64,000 nucleotides of DNA from Octopus sinensis (Eukaryota), in NCBI RefSeq assembly GCF_006345805.1, contig NC_043005.1, positions 17,546,001 to 17,610,000 of the forward strand, written 5' to 3'. Of this stretch, positions 25,871-37,799 are shown one piece after another (position 1 is the stretch's first letter; each line of letters opens with the position of its first letter). Position numbers and translations under genes: made by a program. Under the pieces are notes generated by a model that was not told the DNA's origin, did not search any database, and saw only the letters and a list, made by a program, of their open reading frames with translations.

Positions 25871-25886
25871 TATAGCAGCATCATAT

Positions 25887-26125
25887 AAGGCGGCGAGCTG
25901 GCAAAAACATTAGCACGCCGGCTGAAATGCTTAGCAGTATTTCGTCTGCCGCTACGTTCTGAGTTCAAATTCCGCCAAGGTCGACTTTGCCTTTCATCCT
26001 TTCGGGGTCGATTAAATAAGTACCAGTTACGTACTGGGGTCGATATAATCGACTTAATCCGTTTGTCTGTCCTTGTTTGTGCTCTCTGTGTTTAGCCTCT
26101 TGTGGGTAGTAAAAAAAAAATAGGT
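25887..26125 (+). mobile_element. SINE family 1 with 17-bp TSD
   Basis: GGTATAGCAGCATCATA at 25869-25885 and 26123-26139. Confidence 0.9.
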
Positions 26126-26389
26126 ATAGCAGCATCATAGTCACCTGTTACAAGGGTGAAGAAGATGCCTTACAGAGAGATAATAACAGCAGTACATAGT
26201 CACACATACATATTTACATACACATAAACACAAGCATCAATCATCATTATTTTTAATGTCAGCTAACTCCCATACATGCATGCATGGGCTGAACAGAGTC
26301 TTTTGAGGCAGATGTTCCACAACCAGATGCCTTTGCTGTCACCAACCTTCACTTGTTTCCACGTAAGATAAAATTTCTTTATAACCAGA

Positions 26390-26786
26390 CTAGTAGTATT
26401 GCCCAGCGTTGCTCGGCTTTGTAAGGGAAATAACTATATAAGCATTTTTAGAGATGTAAAGTATAATAGCCATCTCAATATGGCTAACCACAAAGGGGGG
26501 GGTGTTACTGTAGCTTTTTACGTTCTGAGATTTAATAATAAATTTTTAGAGAGTTACTTCCCTTATATATGCCAAAAATGCATTAAAAATGGGAAAAAAT
26601 GATGGTAAATTTTTTTTTAAATCGTAGACTCATTGTAGACGCGCGCTAATACCCAGAAGGGCTCGATATGAATCACGACTATAAGATACCCGGGTTTGGT
26701 TACACTGCACCGCAAAATGTGGGAGTAGTTAGGAATCTAAATCGTAGGCGACAGACAGCACACAACCTCTCTTTTATATATAAAGA
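26390..26786 (-). mobile_element. Non-autonomous Helitron, copy 2 (variant interior)
   Basis: A|TC 5' end at 26786 and CTAG|T 3' end at 26390; same terminal modules as copies 1 and 3. Confidence 0.75.
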
Positions 26787-26830
26787 TGTGTTTTTGCAGA
26801 AGGTTGGAAATGAATACTATTCATTTACAA

Positions 26831-27169
26831 CAGTGTGGTTCCCAAAATTTTCCGGTCTGCTGCCCCTTTCGCACTTGAGTTGCATTCCTAGTGCCTCAAC
26901 ACCCCCCCCTCCACATCACCACCGCCACCACTCAGCACCACAAACGTAGACCTCTTTCTACAGCAAATTCAAAACATTAGTATTTCACAAATAAAACTTA
27001 ACCTAATTGTTTTTTCCGGAGGCGGGGGTGGGGGGGACTGGGGGGGACATCCCTCCCTACTTTTTAGCTACCCTAATATTGCCCCACTTTTCTTCAATGC
27101 CCCTCTTGATCTTTCCGTCGCCAACGGAAGGTGGGGGTGGGGCAGTACCACCCACTTTGGGAACCACTG
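26831..27169. mobile_element. hAT-type MITE with 8-bp TSD
   Basis: ATTTACAA|CAGTG(TG)GTTCCCAAA ... TTTGGGAACCACTG|ATTTACAA. Confidence 0.8.
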
Positions 27170-27276
27170 ATTTACAACAATCAAAGCAAGGAGACATAAA
27201 CACGCAATCACTGGTAGGTGGGGAGGTGAGAGGTAGGTAGGTAGGTAGGTATGTGGGTAGGCAGGTATACACACAC

Positions 27277-27508
27277 AGGCGGCGAGCTGGTAGAATCGTT
27301 AGCACGCCAGGTGAAATGCTTAGAGGTATTTCGTCTGCCGCTACGTTCTGAGTTCAAATTCCGCCGAGGTCGACTTTGCCTTTCATCTTTTCGGGATCAA
27401 TTAAATAAGTACCAGTTACGCACTGGGGTCGATGTAATCGACTTAATCCGTTTGTCCTTGTTTGTCCTCTCTGTGTTTAGCCCCTTGTGGGTAGTAAAGA
27501 AATAGGTA
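27277..27508 (+). mobile_element. SINE family 1 with 14-bp TSD
   Basis: AGGTATACACACAC at 27263-27276 and 27504-27517. Confidence 0.9.
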
Positions 27509-27534
27509 TACACACACACACACACGCACACATG

Positions 27535-27690
27535 ATGAGTTTCCTTCACCTTCCATCTACCAAATCCACTCGCAAGGTTTTGGTCAACCCAGCGCTATAA
27601 TAGAAGACACTTGCCCAATATGCCTTACTGTGGGACTGAACTTGAAGCCATGTGGTTGGGAAGCAAACTTCTCAACCACACAGCCATAGA
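27535..27690 (-). mobile_element. SINE family 2 head fragment
   Basis: Family match. Confidence 0.7.
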
Positions 27691-27719
27691 AGCACACACC
27701 TAGGGAAAACTAATCTCAA

Positions 27720-28540
27720 AAGTCTCAAACCTTATAAAAGACATGACAAATGACTGCAACAAAAGTCATATACTGCACAGGAGACAACCCGCTTTCTTGT
27801 GCAAGCATGGCAGATAGAATGTTAACAAAGGGAATGTTGATGGCTAGGATGCTCTCGTTGAATTCGACTTGTGTTGCCCCACTCTCAGCCCCTCTTCTTC
27901 TCACTCTCCTCTCTTCAGGCTCTCCACTGCTTCTCAATCTCGGCTGATTTCACTGCACTCACCCTTTGCTCTTCCATCCACTGTCTCTTCGGTATTTTCC
28001 AGGCACTCTCCGTCCACCCCCCTCTCTCTCTCTCTACCTCTCTCCCTGCATCTCTCTCTCTCTCACTCTACCTTTCTTTCACCCTCTTCTGCCCCTCTCT
28101 GTCCCTCCCTCTTCCCCTCTCTCATTGTTCTTGCTGCCTTAACCTACTACTCTCCCACCCTCTGACTCTCGATTTCACCATCCTCTCCCCACAGGTTCTC
28201 TACTACCTCCACACCCTTCGGCCTTTCTCTCTCAGGCCCAACTCTGTGACCCCCGCCATACCTTTCTTTCCCTCTATGACACTCTCTGGATTCTTATCAC
28301 CCCCATCTCTTTCTTTCCTTCCTGCTCCTTCAACCTATATTTGCTCTTATAATGAGGAACAATCACTAGATCTCCTTCAAGCAACACCATATCATCCCAG
28401 CAATTTTGTCCTACACTCTCTCTCTCTCTCTCTCACACTAATCCTTGATATAAATTCCCTCATTTTCCCCTGTCCTTGTCATATTTCCTCCCTCAGTGTC
28501 TTCTCTGTTACTCCCTTCATTCTTTCACAACAATAAATCT
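27720..28540 (+). mobile_element. Old pyrimidine-rich retroelement remnant, possibly Penelope-like
   Basis: KVIYC motif. The C/T-rich tail shares CTGTGACCCCC with an inverted copy at 33590-33610. Confidence 0.3.
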
Positions 28541-28562
28541 GTTCCTCCAATGATAAACTAAT

Positions 28563-28760
28563 ACATCATCATCCTCATCATCGTTTCGTTTAACGTCCGT
28601 TCTCCATGCTAGCATGGGTTGGACGGTTCGACCGGGGATCTGGGAAGCCAGAAGGCTGCACCAGGCTCCAGTCTTATCTGGCAATGTTTCTACAGCTGGA
28701 TGCCCTTCCTGACGCCAACCACTCCGTGAGTGTAGTGGGTGCTTTTTACGTGCCACCATG
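28563..28760 (-). mobile_element. RTE 3' tail copy
   Basis: Family match. Confidence 0.8.
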
Positions 28761-29141
28761 CTGCGGCCATGCTGGAGCACCGCCTTTAGTCGAGCAAATC
28801 GACCCCAGGACTTATTCTTTGTAAGCTAAGTACTTATTCTATCGGTCTCTTTTTGCTAAACTGCTAAGTTACGGGGGTCGTAAGCACACCAGCATCGGTT
28901 GTCAAGCGATGTTGGGTGGGGGGGACAAATACAGATACACAAACATATACACACACATACATATATATATACATATATATGATGGGCTTCTTTCAGTTTC
29001 CGTCTACCAAATCCACTCAAAGGCTTTGGTTGGCCTGAGGCTATAGTAGAAAACACTTGCCCAAGATGCCATGCAGTGGGACTGAATCAGAATCATGTGG
29101 CTGGTAAGCAAGCTACTTACCACACAGCCACTCCTGCGCCT
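28761..29141 (-). mobile_element. SINE family 2
   Basis: Family match. Confidence 0.85.
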
Positions 29142-29211
29142 TCTTGAGCCCTTTATTTAATTTTCTCACCATTATAAGATATTGTTCCCTCTGTAGACAC
29201 TGCAAGCTTTA

Positions 29212-29433
29212 ACTCTTTCATTAACAACTTGGCTGAAACTGCCTCTCACTCTGTAGTACAAATATCTTGTTTTCATAAGTTTTGAATTAAAATCTTCCAC
29301 CAAACCTTAGTCACAATTTATCTTCCTAAGAGTAGCTTAATGATAACTAAGTTATTTCACTAAATTCTTTGTTATATTGAAAATAATTGAAATAAACACA
29401 GAGCATCTCAAAATAAATATGGTAACGAAAGGG
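29212..29433. mobile_element. piggyBac-type MITE, inverted copy
   Basis: Reverse complement of 24580-24782; ends GGTAACGAAAGGG. Confidence 0.65.
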
Positions 29434-30304
29434 CAGTATGGCTGATGGTTTTCTTACACTTCAAAACCTTTTTAAAACATCAAGTTTTAATATGCAGTGA
29501 AATCTTTAGCAGTTCCTTTTTACATTACTACCTTTGGTTCTACAAGAAAACTAAATTGCTAAATTCAACAGTACTGATCAACAACATTATCAACAACAAA
29601 TATATAGTAAAAACAAAAGCAGTTTTAGAAAAGAACTACTTTGTGAAAACAGAAAGTTGTTGTCTTATTCTTATAGATGTAAGAATGGTAATGAGAAGAT
29701 GAAAAGGTGAAGGAATGAAGTGGGCAGAAGTACTGTATGATTACAGTCAGTTGAAAGATTACCCTCCATCTAGGGCCATAAGAACTACACACACGCAAAC
29801 ATGTTGTGTCGACATACAACATATGTAGCTTCAGACATTATCATGCTGATACTATTATTGTTGTTGCTAGCCAGTTGGTTATTCGAAAGTTGGTGGGTTG
29901 GTGCTAGTTGTTGGTGTTGGTTTTATTGGTTTTCATGTTGGTGATGATGAAAATGGTGAGAGTAATATGGTTGGTGGCAGTGATCATACTATTCTTGTTT
30001 ATTGCAATGTTGCTGCTGATTGGTTGCAATTTGATCTTCATTGATCTAAGATCAAAGACATTTCATTCAAAGTTTAAAATAAATAAGGGTACCGTATTAT
30101 CTACTATTTTTATTTTTTTTATTTTATGTGGAGTTACTTCTCTTGTTCATAATATTGCTGCTGTTGCTGTTGGTCATTAAGGAGTTGCTGGGTAAGTAAT
30201 GGCAGTGGCTGTATTGGTCTACTATTGATGCTGGTTGTGTTGGTAGCATGAGGCTGATAGATAACCAAGAACATATACACACACTCTCACACTTATATAT
30301 ATTA

Positions 30305-30701
30305 CTAGCAGTATCGCCCGGCGTTGCTCGGGTTTGTAAGGGAAATAACTATATAAGCATTTTTAGAGAGTTATAGCCAAAAAATAGCAAAAAAAATGCA
30401 TTAAAAATGGAAAAAAAATTATGGTAAATTTTTTTTTAAATCGTTGACTCATTGTAGACATTTTTAGAGAGTTACTTCCCTTATATAATAGAGAAAAAAT
30501 GCATTAAAATGGAAAAAATGATGGAAATTATTTTTAAAATCGTAGACTCATCGTAGACGTGTGCTAATACTCAGAAGGGCTCGATATGAATCACGACTAT
30601 AAGATACCCGCTTTTGGTTACACTGCACCGCAAAATGTGGGAGTAGTTAGGAATCTAAATCGTAGGAGACAGACACACAACTTGACTTTTATATATAAAG
30701 A
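30305..30701 (-). mobile_element. Non-autonomous Helitron, copy 3
   Basis: A|TC...CCCGAGCAACGCCGGGCGATACTGCTAG|T; near-identical to copy 1. Confidence 0.78.
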
Positions 30702-30951
30702 TATATAGGGGGAGGATGGGGGATTCTGTGTGCGTGTGTGAGAGAGAAAGAGAGAGAGAAAGGAAGAGGTGATTTTAGCTTTTCAAGCAGTCACCTAATT
30801 GGATCTTGGTTAAATACCACAAAGCAGCATTTTAGCTAATAAAGTGTAATTTTTTAATTCTCAAAATTTAGCTGAGCTTTTGTAAGAACAAAATTTGTGG
30901 TCATATTTTACAATTCCCACAAGTATAATCATGTCACCTGAGGTAACTGTA

Positions 30952-30985
<34 letters not shown>

Positions 30986-31109
30986 ATGCAGTGGGGGGGT
31001 ATATATAAACATATATACATACGCATATACATATAGATACATATATGCATATAAACATACATGCATATAAACATATGTATGTATGTATATATTTATATAC
31101 ATACAGGCA

Positions 31110-31290
31110 TATAAACATATATATGTATATAAAGAAAAAGTGATAGAAAGAGTACAGTAAAATTGCCTGAGTGGAAAGTGGAACATCCAATATTTAGGAC
31201 AGAATCCTTCTTCAGGATAAAGAGATAAAGATGGTAGAAGAGAAATAAAAGAGAGATAGCAGTGTTTAACTTCTCTCTTTCTCTCTCTCA
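31110..31290 (-). mobile_element. Penelope-like terminal remnant with decayed hammerhead (31185-31219)
   Basis: Reverse complement CTGAAGA-A-GGA TTCTG TCC-TAAA-TATT. Confidence 0.35.
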
Positions 31291-31353
31291 GTATACACAC
31301 ACACACACGAATGTGTGAATGTGTATACACACACACATGGATATCTTTATATA

Positions 31354-32137
31354 CTAGCTGACATACCTGGTAATTCCTGGAAAAGTAGGGCTTATCCATG
31401 GTTCCATTCTCATAATTGTTTCACTAATCTAATTACAACAATACAAAGTATGTAGCCCTTAAAACAGTTTTTGTGCATTTACAGAGAATACCGAACTGTC
31501 TTACACAGGATCTTGTTTTTAGGAATTCCCAATAAGTTATGAATATTCAAACTGGGAAGTCAGTTATGTAATAACATGAAATTAGTTACTTGATAGTAAG
31601 AATTCAAATAAAGTAGCCCCAAAAAGGGCATTAATGCATTCCCAGAGTATATAGAACTTAGGAGGAAATACTAATAAAGTATGTATACTAAAATCATGAA
31701 GCTTGTTACGTAATAACAGGTTAATCAGATATGAGATAATAACAATTCAAAGTAAATAACTCTGAAAAGGGCTTTTGTGCATTCCTAGAGAATATTACCC
31801 TCAGGGGTGCTAGTGTTAGTATATTCATGAATAAGTCACTAACTGAAATAAGTGGATCTGTTGTTTAGGAAAATACTATTTACTTGTTTAAGGGCTGTAC
31901 TGAATAAAGTGCAAAAATAACTGTAACAGTTCAAATACTATGAAATAAGCTGACTCAATTTGATTTATACCAAATAATATAGGAAAATGAACAGCTTATT
32001 TCCCTTGGCTGTTAAAATAAAATATATTAGTTATATATAAGGATCCCTTCCAGGGGCCATATTATCGATTTTTTTTCCCCAACAATCTGAGTATGCCATG
32101 AGGCACCCACAGACAGAATTTCTCATATATATACAGA
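31354..32137 (-). mobile_element. Older Helitron-like element with a degenerate ~150-bp internal repeat
   Basis: A|CTAGCTGACATACCTGG.. end and ..CACAGACAGAATTTCTCATATATATACAGA end. TGCATT..AGAG.ATA motif at about 31484, 31635 and 31777. Confidence 0.4.
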
Positions 32138-33649
32138 GGGTTGAAAAGGAACACATGAGTTGATATGTGTAAGGAAAATAAGACAAGGTTGAAAATGCTA
32201 AAATAATTTTATCACGAAGAACATTTTAGTAAGGGTTTCAGTCTTTGCAATTTTTTCAACTCAAAAGCATGAAAAACAATTAAATTGTGTAAAAATTAAA
32301 TGAAATGTTTTTTAAAAAATATTTCAACAGTTTTCAAATGCAAGAGACATTTTCCTTTTTTCTGTCTGTCTGTCACTTTTTTTTCACTCTTCTGAGGGAG
32401 TGGTAGCAGGTTTATCTTATTTTCCTTATATATATATAATACTGTATGTATGAATATATATTGTGTCACTGTATCAACCAGACTATCAGATGTTGTTATT
32501 CAGTGATGGTCACAATGTGCTTCCAATTCTTTTTTGATTACACCATGCTTTTTCTTTTTCCATCTTAGCCCTAATTGTTCAACTAAATTGTTTTCCAATC
32601 CTTTTGGAGGTCTCAACTAACCTTTCCTGATCTTTGCATATTGCATGGGTCCACCTGTCTTCTGCGATTACATCGTTCACTCCATTCTGTTCTCAAATTA
32701 TCTCATTTCAGATATGCTCTTGCAATGCTATTCCAAGCATGGATCTTTTGTGTTCCTTTGCTTCACAGTTAATCGATGTTCTTCCTTGAACCCGTGTAAA
32801 TGCCTTCCATCCTGCCCTTCTCTTTGAGATTAGGGCACACAGTGAATATGTTTCGGTGCATATTCATTATGTACCCTAAGTAGACACACTACTCAATTTC
32901 ACCACTTCCTACCTCTATTTGACCTGGGACTATATTTAGTGGATCACGTGTATTGTTCCCATGTAATTCATTTAGGGCCCACTGCTTAGCTATGGGTGTC
33001 CATCTCTGTCAGCATGCTCTACAGATGATCTGTGATTTCAGTAAATAGTACAGTGTCATTTGTGAATTGGAGGTATGTTAGTAGCTCACTGATGAATATA
33101 TGTTGGGTTCGATGGTTTGACAGGATGCAACAGGCTGGAGAATTCTTTTCTTCTAAGATACAGCTTGTCAATGCTCCAGTGTCTGCTTTGGTATGGCTTT
33201 TATGGCTGGATACCCTTCCTAATGCCAACCACTTCACAGTGTTCTGAGTCGTTTTTTTTTGTCATGCCATGTAGCTTACAACATCTCCTTCAATTGAATG
33301 GGGTTACAGTAGAGAGGGATGCTGCTTTATGCTAAGGGACCAGAGACTGAAGTATGACAGAAGGAGACCTCAGAACAGGTCTTTTGCCATGGAGGGCATT
33401 CATGGCTACTTGCATTGTAGAAGAGTGAGCGGAAGTAATTGGGCCAGAGCTGGAGAGTGAGATAATGATTGTGGCAATGAGGTGTTAGCGTAGACTCTTG
33501 GAACAGGAGCACAGGAGGAATGGTTGTGTAGAGGTTGAAAGAGAGTTCAGGGAGAGCGAGGAATGATTAAAGATAGGATAATAATGGGGTAATGGGGGTC
33601 ACAGGAGTTGAGGGTAGAGGTGATTAACTATTGATTCATACTCCTATAT

Positions 33650-33701
33650 TATGTGTGTATGTATGATTGTATCGATTCAGCTATCTCTCTTCTCTCATAT
33701 A

Positions 33702-33743
<42 letters not shown>

Positions 33744-34100
33744 TACATACATACATATATATATATATACATACATATACATACACATATATACATACAT
33801 ATACATACACATATATACACATATATACATATATATTCACATGCATACATACATACATACATATATACACATACATACATACAAACATACATATATATAT
33901 ATATATATATATACATATATACATATATATATATACATACATATACATACACATATATACATGCATATATATATACATACATACATATTTACATACATAC
34001 ATACACATATAAATACATATATATATACATACATATACATACAGATATATTCATACATGCATACATACACCACACACACACACACACACTTACATACACA
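33650..34100. repeat. Large compound (TA)n/(TACA)n microsatellite
   Basis: Direct reading. Confidence 0.95.
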
Positions 34101-34589
34101 GACATATTTATACATAAATATAGAAAGACAATACATACACATAAAGCATGTTTTAACATCATTCCTCAAAAGTATTGTTCTATCTGCAACTATTATATTT
34201 CCTGTATAAAAAGCAGTAATTCTATTGTGAATTCCGTCTGTGACCTGATTCCACTTCTCAGACTCATTAGCCTTTTCCATTATGTTTCGAACCATCTCAG
34301 TAGCAAAGGCATAAATGCTCTGACTTCCTGCTTTCCGTTTCTTTATAAGTATGAAGTTCTGAATCTGTGATGTTAATTTGTTGTAGCAAAGTTAAATAGA
34401 TTGGAAGCAAATGTGTAGATGTGTTTTGGGCCCCCAGTTTACAGGGCCAAAGATCCCTACAGAGGTCAGAAAACGTTTTTAGCAAAAATAAAACTTTAAA
34501 AAAAAAAAAAAAGGAACGTGTCAGAGACTTGTTCTCGCCTAGACATCCCTCAGGTTCCTTATAAATTATTAGAATATGTTTTATTTTCA

Positions 34590-34722
34590 TATACAGCCGT
34601 AGAAACACTGCCAGATCAGACTGGGCCTGGCGCAGCCTTCTGGCTTCCCAGACCCCAGTTGAACCGTTCAACCCATGGTAGCATGGAAAACGGACGTTAA
34701 ACGATGATGATGATGATGATGA
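34590..34722 (+). mobile_element. RTE 3' tail fragment
   Basis: Family match ending (GAT)n. Confidence 0.8.
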
Positions 34723-35249
34723 TACAGAATATAAACATGTACATCTATTAGAAAATAATCAATTAAAAAGATTTCACTGGCAAATTCTTAAATTAATATG
34801 AACATTTATTTACACGAATGAAAATTACTGGAGAACTTTCTTCTAATTTTCCCAAACCTTTCTGTTAAAACTGTATTGAAACCATCTGTGGGGAATTTTT
34901 TATTACAGCAACTGGTGGCACTCCAGAAGGTTCAATGGAACCTACTGAAGCAAGCCAGCATATACAAATTATAGAACAAGAAAGACAAGAAAATAGTGGT
35001 GGGGATAGGGGGGAACAAGGAAAAGGAAATAAGGGAAAAGAAATCTAATAGAATAGCTAAGGGGGTGGGAAACGGAATAGTTTTTTTACTCAGAGGCTGT
35101 GAAGAAGAAGAAGAAGAAGAAGAATTGGAGGCTGAAACAGTGCACCCAGAAGAAAAAGACAAAAACGCAAAAAAAAAACAAAAAAAAATAGAAGAATACG
35201 ACGGATACGAACTCCACCCCTCTTCATTCGAAAGTAACAAAACGCTTAC

Positions 35250-36300
35250 CTTAGCATTTAAGCACATAGTGCCATGTTAAAACATCGCTGTAGTGTGTGT
35301 ATGTGTTTGATTTGTAGGGTTCGAACCGTAAACATCGATTTCTTAAGCTTCGTTCGAGCCTTGCTTAATTACTTTCGACTAAAGTCACCGTTTTTTCAAT
35401 CTCAAAACTATCCGTTGATACACTTACACAAACACACATACGCACACATATACATAAATACATACATATACGCACATAGCCTTCACCCTCCTACATCTGA
35501 TGGTAGTGGTGGTGGTAGTGGTGGTGGTGGTGGTGGTAGCGTTAAAAGTTAACAAAACTCTCAACAAGCACCGCCCCCTTTTTTTCTTTATTTATAATTT
35601 CACTTCTTCCTTTTATCAAGTCTTTCACGCTTGTTTAATCCCAGTTAGTTGATGTTGTTGTTGTAGAAATGTATCTTCTTCGTTCGGTATTTCTTTTGTC
35701 ATTTGTTGGGGGGTTCTGATCTGCCGCTAATTGACCCCTCAGCTTTACTACTGCACCAAACAATCCGACTCTCTTCCCGTCTATTCAAACTACATTAACG
35801 ATTGCCTTCCGACCAAACTACTAATACACACAGATATATATATATATATACTAACCCTACCCACTTCACTTGAGATAATTGAAGTGGGTTTTTTTGTTGT
35901 TGTTATTTTTGTAAGTTTTGTAGGGGAGGTGGGGTAATTGTTATACTTTTTTCCATTTTTGCGTAGGTTTTCTGCCAAAGCTGTATACAGTTATCTCCCT
36001 TACATTGTTGCTATGATGCAACATAATCACGTACACACCCGCAACTGCGTGTATGTGTGTGTATATATAACTTGATTCCAGACTTTTAAACGAGAGTTGT
36101 ACTTGTCTTGCATGTGGATTCATTCTGATACTGTGTTGAAGTGCCAAAATCTTCGTCAGTGACATACTCTTAGTTATTATTGGAGTGTCAATGACTAAAT
36201 TGTCGTTGTTCTGTTATAATTATGAAATCCGAAGAAATAAATGGGAAGTGAATTTAACAGATTTTGTGTTTTAAGATTGCACGACCGACTCTTCCACGAT
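35250..36300 (-). promoter_or_regulatory. CpG-rich, SINE-free island: candidate promoter and non-coding first exon of the Rab gene
   Basis: Visibly high CpG density relative to the flanks. Strong minus-strand donor AAG|GTAAGC at 35250/35249; a second GTAAGT at 35427. Confidence 0.45.
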
Positions 36301-36305
36301 GTTCA

Positions 36306-36363
<58 letters not shown>

Positions 36364-36369
<6 letters not shown>

Positions 36370-36554
36370 TATTGTGTCTGGGGAGAGTCATTTTCTTTTT
36401 GTGCCTTATAATTTAATACACACACCGGTAAAATTTCCACTTTATCCTTATTTTTATTTTCCTAAAATTTCCGTTGTGTCTTGCAACCTTTTCAATAGTC
36501 TTGACTATTATAAGGCACAAAAAAAAATTACTCTCCCCCGACACAACAGAATAT
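36364..36554. mobile_element. MITE-like element with ~48-bp terminal inverted repeats
   Basis: ATATTCTATTGTGTCTGGGGAGAGTCATTTTC..GTGCCTTATAAT versus ATTATAAGGCAC..TTACTCTCCCCCGACACAACAGAATAT. Confidence 0.65.
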
Positions 36555-36574
36555 GCTTCAACACACGAACTCCC

Positions 36575-37660
36575 ATGAATAGCCTGGGCAAAGTTCAGAG
36601 AGCTCTTACCTCTGCTGGTGACAAAGGGCCTCTCGCTCAGAGTAAAAGGTAGACTGTATGACACATGTGTACGAACAGTCATGCTACATGGCAGTGAAAC
36701 ATGGGCCGTGACTGCTGAGGACAGGCATAAGCTCGCAAGGAATGAAGCCAGTATGCTCCGATGGGTGTGTAATGTCAATGTACATACTCAACAGAGTGTA
36801 AGTACCTTGAGAGAAAAGTTGGATCTAAGAAGCATCAGTTGTGGTGTGCAAGAGAGATGATTGCGCTGGTATGGTCATGTGGCGAGAATGGATGAAGATA
36901 GTTGTGTGAAAAAGTGCCACACGCTAGTGGTTAAGGGAACCTGCAGAAGAGATAGACCTGGGATGAGGTGGTGAAGCACGACCTTTGAACATTAGGCCTC
37001 ACTGGCAATGACTAGTGACTGAGACCTTTGGAAATATGCTGTGCATGAGAAGACCTGGCCGGACAAGTGAGACCATAACCTGTGGCCTTTACCAGGGATG
37101 TAACCAGCCCACTTATGCATACCTTTCTTTCTTTGGACACAAAACTCTGCTTGCGCAGACCTGTTGAGGCAAGTGAATTCGAAATCGAACCAAATTCGAC
37201 GACTGGCACCCATGCCAGTGGAGTGCTAACAGCTCCATCTGAGCGGGATCACAGCCAGAGCAGCTGTCTGGCTTCTGAGCCGGTGGCACGTAAAAAGCAC
37301 CATTTGAGCGTGATCATTACCAGCCTCGCCTTACTGGCACTTGTGCAGGTGGCACGTGAACAAAACATTCGAGCGAGGTCATTGCCAGTATCACTGGACT
37401 GACTCCTGTGCAGGTGGCATGTAAAAAACACCATTTCGAGCTTGGCCATAGCCAGTACTGCCAGACTGGCCCGCATACCGGTGGTACGTAGAAGCATCCA
37501 CTACACTCTTGGACTGGTTGGTGTTAGGAAGGGCATCCAGCTGTAGAAACTCTGCCAGATCAGATTGGAGCCTGGCGCAGCCATCTGGTTCATCAGTCCT
37601 CAGTCAAATCGTCCAATCCATACAAACATGGAAAGTGGATGTTAAGGGATGATGATGATG
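36575..37660 (+). mobile_element. RTE (BovB-like) LINE, 5'-truncated: ORF2 C-terminus plus complete 3' UTR
   Basis: AWAKFRELLPLLVTKGLSLRVKGRLYDTCVRTVMLHGSETW...RLRWYGHVARM, followed by the subrepeat array and (GAT)n tail. Confidence 0.9.
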
Positions 37661-37799
37661 ATATATATATGTATGTATGTATGTATGTGTATGAATGTAT
37701 ATATATATATATAATTAAGTTATTTCACTAAATTCTTTGTTATATTTAAAATACTTGAAAGAAACAGAGCATCTCAAAATAAACATGGTAATGAAAGGG

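Noticed and set aside
27871-28536. 221-aa Ser/Leu/Pro-rich ORF
   Set aside because: Product of a C/T-skewed decayed repeat, which lacks stop codons for compositional reasons.
29726-29830. MKWAEVLYDYSQ resembling an SH3 domain start
   Set aside because: No downstream SH3 motifs (ELSF, WW, G..P.NY) and the frame ends after 37 codons.
29908-30180. Hydrophobic 90-aa ORF resembling a membrane protein
   Set aside because: Derived from degenerate (GTT/GGT/GAT)n low-complexity sequence.
34996-35280. Acidic/basic ORF with poly-E
   Set aside because: Comes from a (GAA)n and A-rich tract just inside the putative first intron; no homology recognised.
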